NCBI GenBank assembly: GCA_030295235.1
Contig: AP026153.1
Coordinates: forward strand, 372,001 to 436,000
From: Fistulifera solaris
Lineage: Eukaryota
Direction: 5' to 3'
DNA length: 64,000 bases
Program-made: the position numbers and the translations under genes
Shown: positions 1-14,049 of the stretch, piece after piece
How the letters are laid out: each line of letters opens with the position of its first letter
How positions within the stretch are numbered: position 1 is the first letter of the stretch
The notes under the pieces: model-generated
What the model was told of the DNA's origin: nothing
Seen by the model: only the letters and a program-made list of their open reading frames with translations
The model's database searches: none

Positions 1-1
1 C

Positions 2-157
2 TCGTTGGATCCTTTTCAGGTCGAAAACGAGAAGCGAGCTCTATTACTCGAAAGATATGGAGAAGAGCACGGTGCTGGATTTGATTTCCGAGATGCAAAA
101 ATAACGGGCAGTGTCCCCGATCCTCGAACATTCATGGGCGGCGTGTCACATGATTAG
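2..157 (+). CDS. NUDCD2: 3' end of NudC domain-containing protein 2-like gene (partial, runs off window)
   Basis: Frame from nt 2 reads SLDPFQVENEKRALLLERYGEEHGAGFDFRDAKITGSVPDPRTFMGGVSHD*, matching the NUDCD2 C-terminal motif (LDP...L.L.RF.EE.PGFDF..A..G..PDPRTFMGG). Confidence 0.8.
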   Translation, partial: SLDPFQVENEKRALLLERYGEEHGAGFDFRDAKITGSVPDPRTFMGGVSHD

Positions 158-307
158 TCTCTATTCATTAAAATTGAAGTAGCGTCAAAGTGGATATAAT
201 GTAAAAATAGAAACTGTGAATAGATTGAGGGATTATAAAATTGGTTTACAAAAGCCTGTTTTCTGATCAAAGACCGAGCCGCTCCGATGAAAGGCTTCTT
301 GCAGGAC

Positions 308-902
308 TTATGAAGAAGATGCAGCAAGTGTATCCATCACCATTTCTTCATTCTTTTCTCTACCAGTAGAATTTGCGGCAACATCTGCGGTCAAATGATG
401 TTGTAAAAACCCGGCAGCCACAACGTGGGGAATCTGATTACGAACGGGCATAATGTTTTCGCGAGCAAAGTTTGACATTTCGTCCACTGTAGAAAAGCCC
501 AGGACAGGAACCAGATAGGCCGGTATGTTTTTGGAAGAGCCAAACTTGCGCAAACAAGCCACGCGGAAAGCGTGCGAGATCTCATTGACGTACGTTTGTA
601 CGAAAGGGTGAGATGTGTTGCTGTAAAGCTGTTCCAACGACTTCCAAACGGCGGCCAAATCAGGTTTTCAATGCCGCCTTGGCCACTTCGTACCAAGGCT
701 CCAGTTCACCCATTTCTCCGCTGCGTCGAAATAAATGACGGGCTGCCATCCAGTTTTGATGATAGAGAAGACCCGCGATGTGAATGATGTAAAGGTCGAG
801 GTCAGGACTGCCTCCCGCAACTTCCATGGCTTGACAGTATTTCAAGTCCAGCTGCCTCAAGGATGCAGGGGGCCATTCCTGTGGTACGACTATATTATTC
901 AT
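308..902 (-). CDS. CSN8: COP9 signalosome subunit 8-like (CSN8/PSMD8/eIF3k family); frameshift near 665
   Basis: LYIIHIAGLLYHQNWMAARHLFRR...ELEPWYEVAKA resembles the CSN8 N-terminus. Removing one A from ttgAAAAcctgat joins ORF 660..902 to ORF 308..658 (LKPDLAAVWKSL). Confidence 0.55.
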
Positions 903-1491
903 TGCTAATTGATGTGAAAAATGATTTTTCGCCGAAAACGAGTCAAAGAAGCAGTTTATGTTGCATTGAAATAGCGCTACAATCCGTCAGTAACGGCGCC
1001 TCGGCCATCATTCGTGACTTCTGTGTCACGAAACTCTTGCTCGTCTGATCGTCATCCGACTTGGTGTCAAGCAAACGGGGAAGTTTTGGCAGCGTCATTT
1101 CGTGGCTGATTTTCTGTCTTCTGTCATCGACGCTCGCGGGGTTCGCACCGCGAGCAAGGGAGGGTGGCGCTTCTACTCCGACACGTCAAAGACACTTCAA
1201 CAATTACCGTGTCTTTCTGTCCCGAATTGGATACCAAACGCACCCCTAATAACGTGCGATAGAAAGCGCAAAAGATTTACTGGTACTGTTTTACTTTATA
1301 GAAAAAGTACAAGTATCCCAAAGAATGTAATCGATAAACATCAACCCGAACTCGTCATTCCTCTGAAAACCGAGATTTTCTCCTTTTCCTTGACACCTTC
1401 ATTCTAGAAACAAACGGATCTGTCTTCGAAGTGACCCCAACATAAAATCTACCGACCCCCATCGGAACCCTAAAACAATAAAGATAACACC

Positions 1492-3390
1492 ATGATCTTG
1501 AATACGGCTGCGCGCTTGATTCTCCTCCAGAGCCGTCAAACGCTCACCAAGGCCGTTGCTGCTCGGTCGGTCGCTTCTTTGGCCGGCTCTTCGTTGCGTT
1601 CTACGGTTCGTACAACCTCGCCGTGCCGTCAACAGTTCGCCTTCAAGTCGACGGCTATGCACCCTGCCGATGATACGGCCGGTCGTGACGCGTATGATAT
1701 CGCCCGCACCGTCGAAGGAACGGATGCTTGCTTGAAGATGGGTTTGAACCGCTTGGGAATCACCGGTCCCACCAAACTCTTCAGCAATCTCACGTATCAA
1801 GAGCTCTTTGACCACGAAGTCGCCAACAAGGAAGGCGTCGTTGCGAAAGCTGAGTATGGTGATACCTTCACTGTCGACACGGGCAAGTTCACCGGCCGTT
1901 CGCCTCTGGATCGCTGGATCGTTCTCAATCCGGGAAGCGAGACGGCCGAACACATGGACTGGAACAAGATCAACCAGCCGACGACTCCCGAAGTCTTCGA
2001 CGAGCTTTTGGAAAAGGCTGTTGCCTACTTCAACACGCGAGAGACTGCGTATGTCTTTGATGGATACTGTGGTGCGAATCCGGAAACGCGCAAGAAAATT
2101 CGGTTCGTTCACGAAATGGCATGGCAGCAGCATTTTGGTAAGTCTTTTCTGGGACGAATGCGTCATTATTGCAGTCGTTCTAACTCCCTCCCTCTTATTT
2201 GAAGTGACAAACATGTTCATTCGTCCCGAAACCCGCGAAGAGATCGAGAACTTTGAGCCCGATTTCACCGTCATCAACTGCTGCAGTCAGGTCGACGAGG
2301 ACTGGAAGCGACACAACTTGCACAGCGACACGGCGGTTGTGTTCAATCCGGAGAAGAAAACTGCTGTCATCTTCGGCACCTGGTACGGTGGAGAAAATAA
2401 GAAGGGCATCTTCTCGCTCATGAACTTTTGGCTGCCCCTCAAGGGTCACTTTCCCATGCACTGCAGTGCTAACGTCGGCAAGGACGGAGACGTTTGCTTA
2501 TTCTTCGGGTTATCCGGAACTGGTAAGACTACACTTTCTGCAGATCCCCATCGTGCTTTGATCGGTGACGACGAGCACGGATGGGATGATCATGGAGTTT
2601 TTAATTTCGAGGGAGGGTGCTACGCCAAGACGATCAACTTGTCGGAAAAGACAGAGCCCGATATCTACCGGGCCATCAAGACCGATGCTTTACTGGAGAA
2701 CGTCAAGATTCTCGAGGATGGAACACCTGACTATTTCGACACGAGCAAGACTGAAAATGGTCGCGTTTCATACCCGATCTTCCACATTCCAGGATATCAC
2801 AAACCCCAAATGGCCGGGCATCCCAACAATATCATCTTTTGACCTGCGATGCCTACGGTGTTATGCCGCCTGTTGCTCGTCTGACTCCAGAACAAGCGAT
2901 GTACCACTTTTTGAGTGGATACACAGCCAAGGTTGCCGGAACCGAGCGTGGAGTTAAGGAGCCGACCGCTACATTCTCCACGTGCTTTGGTGCCGCTTTC
3001 ATGACTCACCATCCTACTCGCTACGCGGACTTACTGCGAGAGAAACTTGAGAAACATGGATCTCATGCTTATTTGGTAAACTCGGGCTGGTCGGGCGGCC
3101 CCTATGGCGAGGGAAAGCGCATGAGTATTGATACTACCCGTGCTTGCATCGATGCTATTCTTGATGGATCCATCCACGACGCTGAGTTTGTGAAAGATCC
3201 TATTTTTGGTTTCGAAGTCCCGAAAGCGTTGCATGATGTAGGAAGTGTTTTGGATCCCAAATCGACTTGGAAGGACCCCGCGGCTTACGACAAGATGGCA
3301 TTGCACCTTGCCAAACTCTTCAAAGAGAACTTTAAGAATTACGAGGGTCGGGGAACTGTCGACTACACCAAGTTTGGTCCACAGATCTAA
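1492..3390 (+). CDS. PEPCK: Phosphoenolpyruvate carboxykinase (ATP), probably mitochondrial; intron 2138-2204; frameshift at ~2837-2840
   Basis: Motifs [40 protein letters not shown] (P-loop), [33 protein letters not shown]. Arg/Ser-rich N-terminal transit peptide. GTAAGT...AAG intron restores QQHFVTNMF. Confidence 0.97.
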
Positions 3391-3802
3391 TGTAACTCAG
3401 TACTTCATAAATTGTTCGAGAATGTCGTTTCACATTTATCGGTTCCTAGCATAATGTTAGTGCTAGCAATTAGCATTGTCGGTAGTACACATGACTGAAA
3501 TGCAGTCGTGATGAAAGGTCGTTTACACTTTGGGTCTATAGAGACGTGTTCAGTAGACAACGATATTTTGCAAGTTTTTGACGCAGTGTTTATTTATTGT
3601 TAACAAAAATATCGCAAAGACTCACCTTTTACAGGATTGTTACAAAATATTGTGTTTCTTATTTTGTCAAAACTGGAATTTCATAAAGGGTGACAATAAC
3701 TGACATTACTTGGTTCCTTATTGTTCGCATTATTGCTTTATTTTCCTCACATTAATAACAACCACATTGCATATTGCCTACAATGAAGTTCATCGATTGA
3801 CA

Positions 3803-6290
3803 ATGGGAAGAGGTTTCCTTATTCTCTCTTTGCTAGTTTTTTTACCTGACGTTCGTTGTTGGGGCTTTCTTCAATGTGCCGCGAGGGAGACGCACTGGCG
3901 AATTTTCTCAAGGCAAAGTGAATACGAAGACTACGAGTCCTATTCGCGATGTTTGACGCCGAAGCAAGCGATGAACTCAGTCCTTCGTGAAAGGAACGAG
4001 TATGCTATTGTTGACGGTGAGTCATTCTCGCAGAGAATCGCACGTGTTATACGCGGTGTCTTTCGCCGTCAGAAAACGAAAAAGCCAGGAAAATTGGTTC
4101 TTTTGCTCAACGGAGAATCGACTTGGAATGCAAACCACACATTCACAGGCTGGGAAGATCCTCCACTCACTGACAAAGGGAAGCTCATTTGTCAACATGC
4201 GGCAAGAATTCTTATAGCAGAGGGGATTCAACCTGATATCGTTTACACATCCAAATTGAAGCGCGCGATCCAATCTGTTCAAGCTATCTTGGATGAAATG
4301 GATGCTTAGTTTATACCTGTCGTCAAGACGTATCGCTTGAACGCCAGGATGTATGGTGCAGTACAAGGGTTATCGAAGCAACAAACTGCGGAAAGACTTG
4401 GGGCTAACGTTGTGCAGGCGTGGCGGAATACTTTGAAAGCACGCCCGCCCCCGCTTCTTCGTTCCGATCCAGCCTCTCCGGCACACGATCGTCGGTACGG
4501 AAGTCTCAGCAAAGATGAAATACCCGAACACGAGTCAATATTCGATTGTCATGAGCGTGCACGAGCGTTGTGGTCACATCGCATTCAGGTGAGTTCGCAC
4601 ACAGACATATCCTCCATACTTATATTATTATCTGATTCTAGAGGGTTCCTGTTTGTCTACAGCAAGACATTGCTGTTGGACATACTGTCTTAGTGGTTGC
4701 GCATCGTGATGCGCTTCGCGGGATAATGAAAGAGATTGACGGCATTTCGGATAGCATGATCCTGAATGTAACGATGCCAGTCGGCGTGCCGCTTCTTTAT
4801 CAATTCGACTCCAGTATACAGGCAATAACTGGAGATGGCGTCAACAGCCCTTCTGCTTCTTCGGCTGTTTATTTGGATGGAGGTAAGAAAGATCATTTGG
4901 TATCTGCTTTGGCGAACTACAACAATTGGAGGATGCAGTTCGATGCTGGACCTTCGAGGCGTACGCTGAATGCTGCGACCACTGTTGAGAGGGCGCTATG
5001 GCAGCTGCGTCAAGACGAGCAGCTTGCTTCACAGATTATTTTCCACACCACACGGACAAGCTTTGATGACTCGGAGCAAGGGGATCGCTGGGTGGATGAT
5101 CCAATTGAAGCTGACGACTTTGAATTCTTTTCCGAAAGCGATAGTACCATGGACGGCCAATCCGTTTGCAACATGGCCATTCCTAATGTTTTACCGATTC
5201 CCTCTACGAAAGACGCCTCTACTAGTGACCCCGTCGTTGTTTTCGTTCGACACGGTAGGACTCCACACAATAATATGGGCCTCTTCACAGGGTTTCAAGA
5301 TCCTCCGTAAGTCACCGGCACTTTTCTTCCTGAACTTCAATTCGTCTTACCCGGTTTTTGTACACCAGTCTTGCCGCAGAGGGAATTCAAGACGCAAGGC
5401 GAGCTGGTCAACTTCTTAAAAGGCACGGCTTCGACTTTGATGTCGTCTATACCTCACAACTAACGCGAACGATACAAACCTCCACTTTTATTTTGGAAGA
5501 GTTAGGGACGTTGTGGGTTCCAATGGTCAAGTCGTGGCGATTGAACGAGAGGATGTACGGCGCGTTGACGGGAAAGTCGAAGCGCATGATAGAAAACGAA
5601 TACGGCAAAGACCAGTTGCTGAAGTGGCGCCGTGGTTTCAAAATTCGGCCTCCAGAAGTTTCATCCTTTTCTCCTGACTATCCTGGAAACGATGAGCGGC
5701 GCATTCGACATATTACAGATATTCGCATTTCTTGGACAGAAAGTATTGCTAGATCTCTTGAGTCGCGAAAACTTGTATTGCATCGCAAATTTCCGAAGTC
5801 CGAGAGTCTTTACGATTGCATGCAGCGGACAATACCTTTCTATACGGGAAGAATACTTCCCGAAGCCGTTGCCAAACAAAAACGGGTACTTATTGCGGGT
5901 CACGAAAACGCTATTCGAGGTATATTGATGCACTTGTGCGACATCCCCGAAGAAGCTATGCAGCAGCTCCACATTCCAAATGGAGTTCCACTGGTTTATA
6001 GCGTCAAAGGAAAGTGCATCTCCCTCCTCGACGATGCCCAAGCGCATCAAGATGAGTTGCCGGTAACTAATGTCAGTGATTTCGGTCCTGCTGCGAAATA
6101 TCTATTCAAACCATGCGAACTGGATGATGAATTCTTTGCAGATATCAATGGGATGCCTGAAAAGAATTGTCAAGAAGGTAGCGACTTCCGGCACGTAGTC
6201 ACCAAAAGAAAGCATGTGGTTTTTAAAAAGTACGCAAATCCCGTCTCTCTATATTTAGATTCTTATGCCGCAGCTGCGGCTATGTGTTGA
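3803..6290 (+). CDS. Two-domain 2,3-BPG-dependent phosphoglycerate mutase-family (histidine phosphatase) protein; introns 4589-4662 and 5307-5368; in-frame TAG at 4307-4309
   Basis: Domain 1: LLLNGESTWNANHTFTGWEDPPLT...RLNARMYG...VVAHRDALRG. Domain 2: FVRHGRTPHN..FTGFQDPPL...WRLNERMYGALTG...AGHENAIRG. N-terminal signal peptide. Both introns are GT-AG and restore the frame. Confidence 0.85.
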
Positions 6291-6999
6291 CGCTGATAGG
6301 TGATGCATTTGTCAAGAACTTGCACCTTTCGAACCAAGCGGCAATATCGCTGGTATAGCATCATATTCGTTTTGGACCGGAGGAAACGTTTTCCTACAGA
6401 CCAGCGATGCGCTTGCCAGAGAGCGTAGGAGATTGACAATTGTATGTAAATCAACTCGAACCCAAAACATAAAAGCGACCTATCTGTGATTTGTTCCATC
6501 AGCTCGTCAGCTTTTCCCAACAAGGCAAGCGCCTGGCGATAGCCTTGTTCCTTGATAGGCACCGGTTGAGATCTGGCGAAATCTAGACATGAAACTGCCC
6601 AGTTGTACAAAATAATCGTCGTGATGACCACTTCCGTAGGTTCACCTGGAGGAAGAAGGTCGATAAGCGTTTGGTCAATCTGGATGACAGAAAATGAAAT
6701 ATGCATGCTCTTTAGATCGAAAAGATAGCTCAACCGATTAGCTTTTCCGGAGAGCGAACATTGATCGAAAAAAACCTTCAAAGCGAAGCGTAGATTTCCT
6801 GTTTTCTGAAAAGACAGAATTCGCAAGATCAGTCGCTAAGGGTTGTTTCCACTTTGATTGGCAAACCGTGTGTGAGTTTTGGCACACTGATGACAAAGCT
6901 TGCGAGAACGCATCATTGGTTTTCTCTGGAGCAGCATCCCCTTTGAAGAAGTGTCACTGCTCGATTGTTCAGAGTTATTGGAATGTCCTTGGCTTGCAT
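6263..6999 (-). CDS. Hypothetical helical protein; probably frameshifted in its 5' part
   Basis: 187-aa ORF (IILYNWAVSCL...ALALLGKA) plus upstream ATG 6999 reading MQAKDIPITLNNRAVTLLQRG. Overlaps the PGAM 3' end convergently. Confidence 0.4.
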
Positions 7000-7673
7000 A
7001 TTTGAAATAAGAGTGAATGATGGCGAAAGTGATTATACTTGTTGTGGTTTTTGTAATGAAAGCAAAGCAAACGACGACGCGAAAAAACGTTGTGAAAAAT
7101 GAAAACTTGGGGAATGTACAGTAAGACCAATACTTAGCTAGTTCACTGTTTATTACTAACCACTAACCAGTCACTCTCACTCGTAATTCGTAATCAGTGG
7201 CCAATTTAAGCCCACGCATTCGTTTCTTTTTTGTCGTTACTTTAGAAGCGATAGAGATGTGATTAAAATAGTCCGACATAATGACTACTGACTACGACCT
7301 ACGACTCCGTAAAATGTAAAAACTTCGACTTTTGCCGGACAAAGGACAAAGGTCGTCCTGCCAAATTTTATGGTCTGTATTGCAACCGTTCTACAAGAAA
7401 GCGCTACAGTCACCAGAAGACTTTGCTTCTTGACGGTGTTTAATAAGTGCGCAGTGCGACAATGATTTGTACATTTAGTAGATATGTAACTCCAACCGTT
7501 TTGTTGGAATAACCTCGAATTCATTCCTCGAACCGCGAAAAAGTGCCCGCGCGCGATCCGCGAGATGTGCTCTCGCTGATCGTGCGCCATTTCATTTGCG
7601 AACTTTTCGAGAAGATTCTTCCATAAAAACAAACGAAACATCAATCGATCCTTTTCACAACAAATCTTATTAA

Positions 7674-9166
<1,493 letters not shown>

Positions 9167-9248
9167 AACCCTGTAGACGAAATTTTACTGCCGAATAGTA
9201 GAGAGATTAAATTGTTATACCTATTTCTACGAGAATGATCGACACTAG

Positions 9249-10295
9249 TCAAATCGCAGAGTTCTGACGTACACGCTGCTGAGGGACAGCGTAGACGGTC
9301 TTTCGAACAGGAATACATTGGTCTAGGGGCCATGCCGGAAGATCAGGGTGGCCCAGGTTGGATGGGGGAGCTTGAGCATAACCCGGACCATCAAAGTAGC
9401 TATCAATCATGCACTCGTCTGCCTCGGGAGGTTGACAAACGTGATATCGAGATCCGCGTTTTTGAAACTGCACAATGAGTGGCACGCCTGTTGGAATACG
9501 GAGCGCCTCGAGCACTTGTAAAGCTGTTGGATTGTCTTCCACTTCACAAACAACACCGAGCAAAGTCCTCAGAGAATTCGCGTGGGCGACTACCAGTCCT
9601 ATGGCTCCAGCTTCGGGTGCTCCTTGTGCCGCATGATCCATCACCAGCTTGTCTAATGTAGGTACGAGTACCTCATTTAGAAAAGGCCGAATTCGATTTT
9701 TAGCCACAAACTCAAGACTTTCTCCGATGGGAACATTTTCTTCAGATCCACATAGATGCGTATATTGTTGAATTTCGGCAAGGCGGCGGGGGTCATCGTC
9801 TGCTAAGGGTGGGGGAACTGCATACCAGCTTCTTCTCCACGCTTTCACGTCTTTCGGATCATGGCCATATAAACCGTCTCCCACGTCCCGTTTCGATAGT
9901 CCTTGCAAAGCACCATAGTGTCGTTCATTGAGTCGATAATCTGCTACGACAGGTATCGAAACTCGCTTCTCTCTTTCATATGCATCTAAGCAATAGGTAG
10001 CTGTTTCTTGTGCACGGTGCAAAATCGAAGTGAAACAAACGTCGATGGGATAGGAATAACTCGCTACTTGCTCACCCGCTGCCACGGCTTCTTCATGTCC
10101 TTTCCGACTCAAAGGCACATCCGTCCAACCAGTAAATATTTCTTCATATCCAGGCATCCCTCCGTTCCAGACAGAATCCCCATGTCGACAAAGAAGCAAT
10201 GTATGGGTAGGGGTGACCGAATGAGAATCGGCCCGCCTGACTCTTTCCGCTAACAAGAAACCAGCAAGAACAAGATAAGGCAATATTAGTTTCAT
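9249..10295 (-). CDS. Phosphoglycerate mutase-family protein with N-terminal signal peptide
   Basis: LLLCRHGDSVWN, FTGWTDVPLS, RLNERHYGALQG, VVAHANSLR, IPTGVP: complete dPGM motif set. Confidence 0.9.
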   Translation of the reverse strand: MKLILPYLVLAGFLLAERVRRADSHSVTPTHTLLLCRHGDSVWNGGMPGYEEIFTGWTDVPLSRKGHEEAVAAGEQVASYSYPIDVCFTSILHRAQETATYCLDAYEREKRVSIPVVADYRLNERHYGALQGLSKRDVGDGLYGHDPKDVKAWRRSWYAVPPPLADDDPRRLAEIQQYTHLCGSEENVPIGESLEFVAKNRIRPFLNEVLVPTLDKLVMDHAAQGAPEAGAIGLVVAHANSLRTLLGVVCEVEDNPTALQVLEALRIPTGVPLIVQFQKRGSRYHVCQPPEADECMIDSYFDGPGYAQAPPSNLGHPDLPAWPLDQCIPVRKTVYAVPQQRVRQNSAI

Positions 10296-10758
10296 GGATA
10301 AAGATCGGCCTCAAAGGACATAAACATGATGAAAGTCAAGAGTCGTCAAGACTCCTCCTCAACAAGAAAATTTCCCACGTTTTGAGGAATGAGAATGATG
10401 TTTTTCCGCGAAGAACAAACGGTGTCAAATTTTTCGATGACATCCTACAGGTTGTATAGTACATTAATGTACGAAACCTTTTTGGGACTCAAATACAGCC
10501 CGAACACGAGCATGATGTCAGTCTCGACGAAATCAATAAACAAAGACAACAAGAAGTGCGAGGACTTCATTCTGAGAAAATGTTTAGTTAGACGCGTTGC
10601 ATCGACACATGGTTGCAAATTGCGACACCCGATGTACTCACTTTAGTAACTCTATTGTTTTGACTGTATACATTGTACCAGTAGAGGATGCCCTAGTGGA
10701 ACGTCTTCTGAAATTCACGGTAAGTTCACCTTTGGATTAGCAGAGGTAAAGGGCGTGT

Positions 10759-11292
10759 TCATTTACTGTGCTTTCGCTCATCCATTCGCCTCGCAAGTGC
10801 ATTAGCTTTCTTCAAGACACAGCTTCCTAGTGTTCGCTGCAGATCCATGCAAGAAAAGTCATCTTCATCGCTTTTACTCTCGTAGCTCGTTCTAGTCTCA
10901 GACAGAATTGCATCATCTCCTTTGTCTTTAAAGCAATTCTTCAGCTGCACCAAGTCAGCACCACATTGAAGAGCAACAGCTCGGCAGGCCCATAGCGCGT
11001 GTTCTTCGCGAACACAGTTTGGATCGTCTTTGTGTCGCCAACCAAAGTAACGAAGCATACGAATCCCCAAAGGAAAATCTTCCAACTGATTTCGCTCCAT
11101 GTTTTTCTGCCGGCATTGCTTCAAAAGGTCATCCAATTGACGGCAACTTTGTAAGCGATCAAGGCGCTGATCTTCGGTCCAGCGTACGATAGACTTTGGG
11201 AGAAAGGATTCGAACCACTCGCTATCGGTCGGTACCCTTTTCTTTAATTCGTCTTCGCTTTGAGGTTGGGGGAGCGCTTCCTTTGATGCCAT
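10759..11292 (-). CDS. Hypothetical Cys-rich protein
   Basis: Intact 177-aa ATG ORF with spaced Cys pairs (C-x9-C twice, C-x10-C). Confidence 0.6.
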   Translation of the reverse strand: MASKEALPQPQSEDELKKRVPTDSEWFESFLPKSIVRWTEDQRLDRLQSCRQLDDLLKQCRQKNMERNQLEDFPLGIRMLRYFGWRHKDDPNCVREEHALWACRAVALQCGADLVQLKNCFKDKGDDAILSETRTSYESKSDEDDFSCMDLQRTLGSCVLKKANALARRMDERKHSK

Positions 11293-11611
11293 CTCTCGTT
11301 AAGTTTTTAAAAATAAAAATGCCTTGAGAGCGGAACAACAACCTTATCGAGTCAATGTGTCAAAGCATTACATAAAAAGTAAGGTCGCGTTCACCTCGCA
11401 TCATTTATGTCGCAAAGAAAAAAGCCGATGGTCGATGGTTGTCGTTGTTCTGTCCGTCGGTGCGCTGTGCGTGTTACCAAACGACAGTGGAACTAAGGAG
11501 TACTTGCTGCCGATGGGACATTGAGCACGACTTGGATCATTTCGGAATCACGGATGGCGGATAGCTATGATTTTAGTGAGTGTAGAATTATTGTGCTCTG
11601 AAAACTGTTTG

Positions 11612-12369
11612 TTAAGCTACTTTATATAGAGTCCCTTGCTTTGCCTCCCACTCGTCAAGTTGGGCCAGGTGAGAAGCCAGCTGTCGTAATGGACGCGAAA
11701 TGGATGCAGATCGCTTGCGAATCATTTCCGATGCGTACTCTGTTCCCCACAAACCTTTTTCCTTAAGTTGTGCTTGCAAAGAAAGTGTGATACGGACATT
11801 CTCCTTTCGCAAAAAATTCAACCGGTCTACAACTTGCCGTTCTAATCCGCGACAATCATTCTCGGAAACGCACGAAATGTGACGCTTCACACTCATCTTT
11901 TGCTTCCCTCCAACTCTTTGTGCGTATCCATCAGAGCACGAATAGAAGAACTGTAGCTTGGTGACTTAGCAAGAATTTGAGCGGCGTGATACCTTTGCCT
12001 CTTTTGCATCCTTAGCAGTTCTTCTTGACTGAGCCATTTGTCGTCTTGTTCTCGTGCAGGTTCTGAGACATGCACCTTTACGTCAATCGCTTCGTATTTC
12101 TTCGAGTCAAAGTGCACACGAAGTCGTTTCTTTCCGCAAGGCTGTACACGCTCATCTTCCTTTCGCTCCGAGTGGAAGATAGGCTGGTTGGGGAGGCAGA
12201 GGACGTGCATCATCCTTGCATCGCACAGAGATGGTGAGCAATGAACCATCGGCCCTAAAAACCTGGACGTCATCGAATGCGGGGACAATACGATTTTTGT
12301 TGGCCCAGCCATTGGAACGATGCGTTTTGAAATGAGAATCGGCAAGAAGCTAATGCTTCTTAGTAACAT
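11612..12369 (-). CDS. Hypothetical protein (RVHFD...W...CRGLE motif type); frameshift near 11900
   Basis: ORFs 11893..12516 and 11612..11896 abut in different frames. The start codon is uncertain. Confidence 0.45.
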
Positions 12370-13505
12370 GAATGAAATTTGAAGAGGAAAGAATTTTGGA
12401 GGGAGAAAATGGCGTCCACCAGCGTCGCGGCTTTTGCCAGCCCGACCAAAAAAAACAGTCATTGACAACGAAGGAAGACTTACATCAGGAATGAAAAGGT
12501 ACTCAATCGTAGACATTAAAGCTATTGCCCACTGTATTTGATCGTCCAGCGGAAGCGAAAGTTAAGTCCACCGACTTCCTATTCGAGATGCAGAACAAGG
12601 ACAATAATGTGAGATTTACTGTACAAGTAACATCTCGATTAGCTAAAGATGGTCTTTGTTCGTGACTCGTGACTCTTATAATTCAAGTCGTAAATGTTGC
12701 GCATTACTGATCACCTTTGAGTGACTCATAAGTATTGCCCCCTACGCCCAATGTTTTTTAGTATAGTTTCAAATGTCAAAGGGAGACGAGTTTGAGACGG
12801 CTCTAGAGTAACTAATGTACTGACGATGTTGCACATTATCGCCATTGGGCCCTGGGGTCAGTCACTAACAACTATATAACCACATTTCATTATTTCATCC
12901 GAAAAGTTTTACTTTCGCTGTGACAAGGGGGTGTGGGGGTGAGGGGGCATCGCCGAAAATTAGGACTTTGGTGATTTTACTATAGGCCAGAAAGGGCTAA
13001 ATCAAGAAATACGATAAACAGGGGTCATTACTTTTTGCACAGCGAAAACAGAATTCTCTACAATCTCGTATCACAGAAGTCTGCTATTTTTTGGGGTTTG
13101 ATTTGCATGGCATAATACGTTTCGTCTTTTGTACGTTGATATCCATTTGATAGTAAAACTTTTCCGCCATACAGGCGTCAGCCACAATTGTTTATTGTTT
13201 TATTGTTTTACAGACCTTTCAGTCTACCAGCTCGTCATCCGCAGTCGTCAATCATCACCAATCTCTAAGTTTTTGGGTTGTATCACGCTCCCTCTAGACT
13301 CTACAAGTAGAGAGCTAAAATAGAACTTAGGTTCTTTAGGATTTGTAGTTTTGTAAGGTGCAAACAAGCTGAAGACACGCAAGTTTGGTCGTTTTCGAAC
13401 CGCTGGAGACCTAGCTCTAAGCAGTCTCAATCTCTTTCTTATTATTAAGACGAGTTGCTTTGAATTACCCGCTACATTTGCTTTGCTGAATACATTGTTC
13501 TGCTA

Positions 13506-13817
13506 TTAGTCGCCTTTCCGACGTTCCGAGTTGCACCTTTTCGAACAGCAAGTCACTTCGTCCCAGCAGCGTTCCCACTTTTTCCTCCACGAAAATGGTC
13601 TTTTGCAAACTACACAGATCTTGGATGGTAGATTTTTCTTATTAATCTTCTTCTTGGTATCGTTTCCCTTGCCTCGAGCGTTAATAGCTGTTCCGAAAAA
13701 GGTGCGAGAAGAGATCGAGGGGACGAAACATCCCGAACTGTGCAATCGTCTCTCGATCACCGTCGTTCTCAGACACATTAAACCCATGCAAAACAGGTGA
13801 ATTGCTTTCATTCTCAA
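13506..13817 (-). CDS. DUF2256 family small Cys protein, possibly plastid-targeted
   Basis: KKNLPSKICVVCKRPFSWRKKWERCWDEVTCCSKRC is the DUF2256 signature. Confidence 0.85.
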   Translation of the reverse strand: MRMKAIHLFCMGLMCLRTTVIERRLHSSGCFVPSISSRTFFGTAINARGKGNDTKKKINKKNLPSKICVVCKRPFSWRKKWERCWDEVTCCSKRCNSERRKGD

Positions 13818-14049
13818 TTATCTTTCCTTTTGAAAAGGATGCATGATGTTTTGAGCAGTTGATGGAAGAGTCCGGATTAATTTGATCGATTCTTGAGGTG
13901 GCAGCAACGAATGAACGCAGACGAAAATGAATGCAAGCACATTCCAAAATGAGTACCGCTGTGATCACATTTTTTAAACTAGGAAAGTCACGATAAACAC
14001 GGAAGACGAGAAAGTAGGCTTCCTGTGATGTTCACAAAATGATCAAAGT

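Noticed and set aside
1399..2277. 292-aa antisense ORF
   Set aside because: Shadow of the codon-biased PEPCK gene; no motifs.
2830..2845. PEPCK (and GSR, B56, ELP2) as pseudogenes or programmed frameshifts
   Set aside because: Single-base changes in homopolymers with full conservation on both sides; sequencing error is more parsimonious.
12520..13480. ~1-kb gene-free region with a G-rich tract (12927-12947) as a possible transposon remnant
   Set aside because: No terminal inverted repeats, target-site duplication or coding remnant could be identified by eye.
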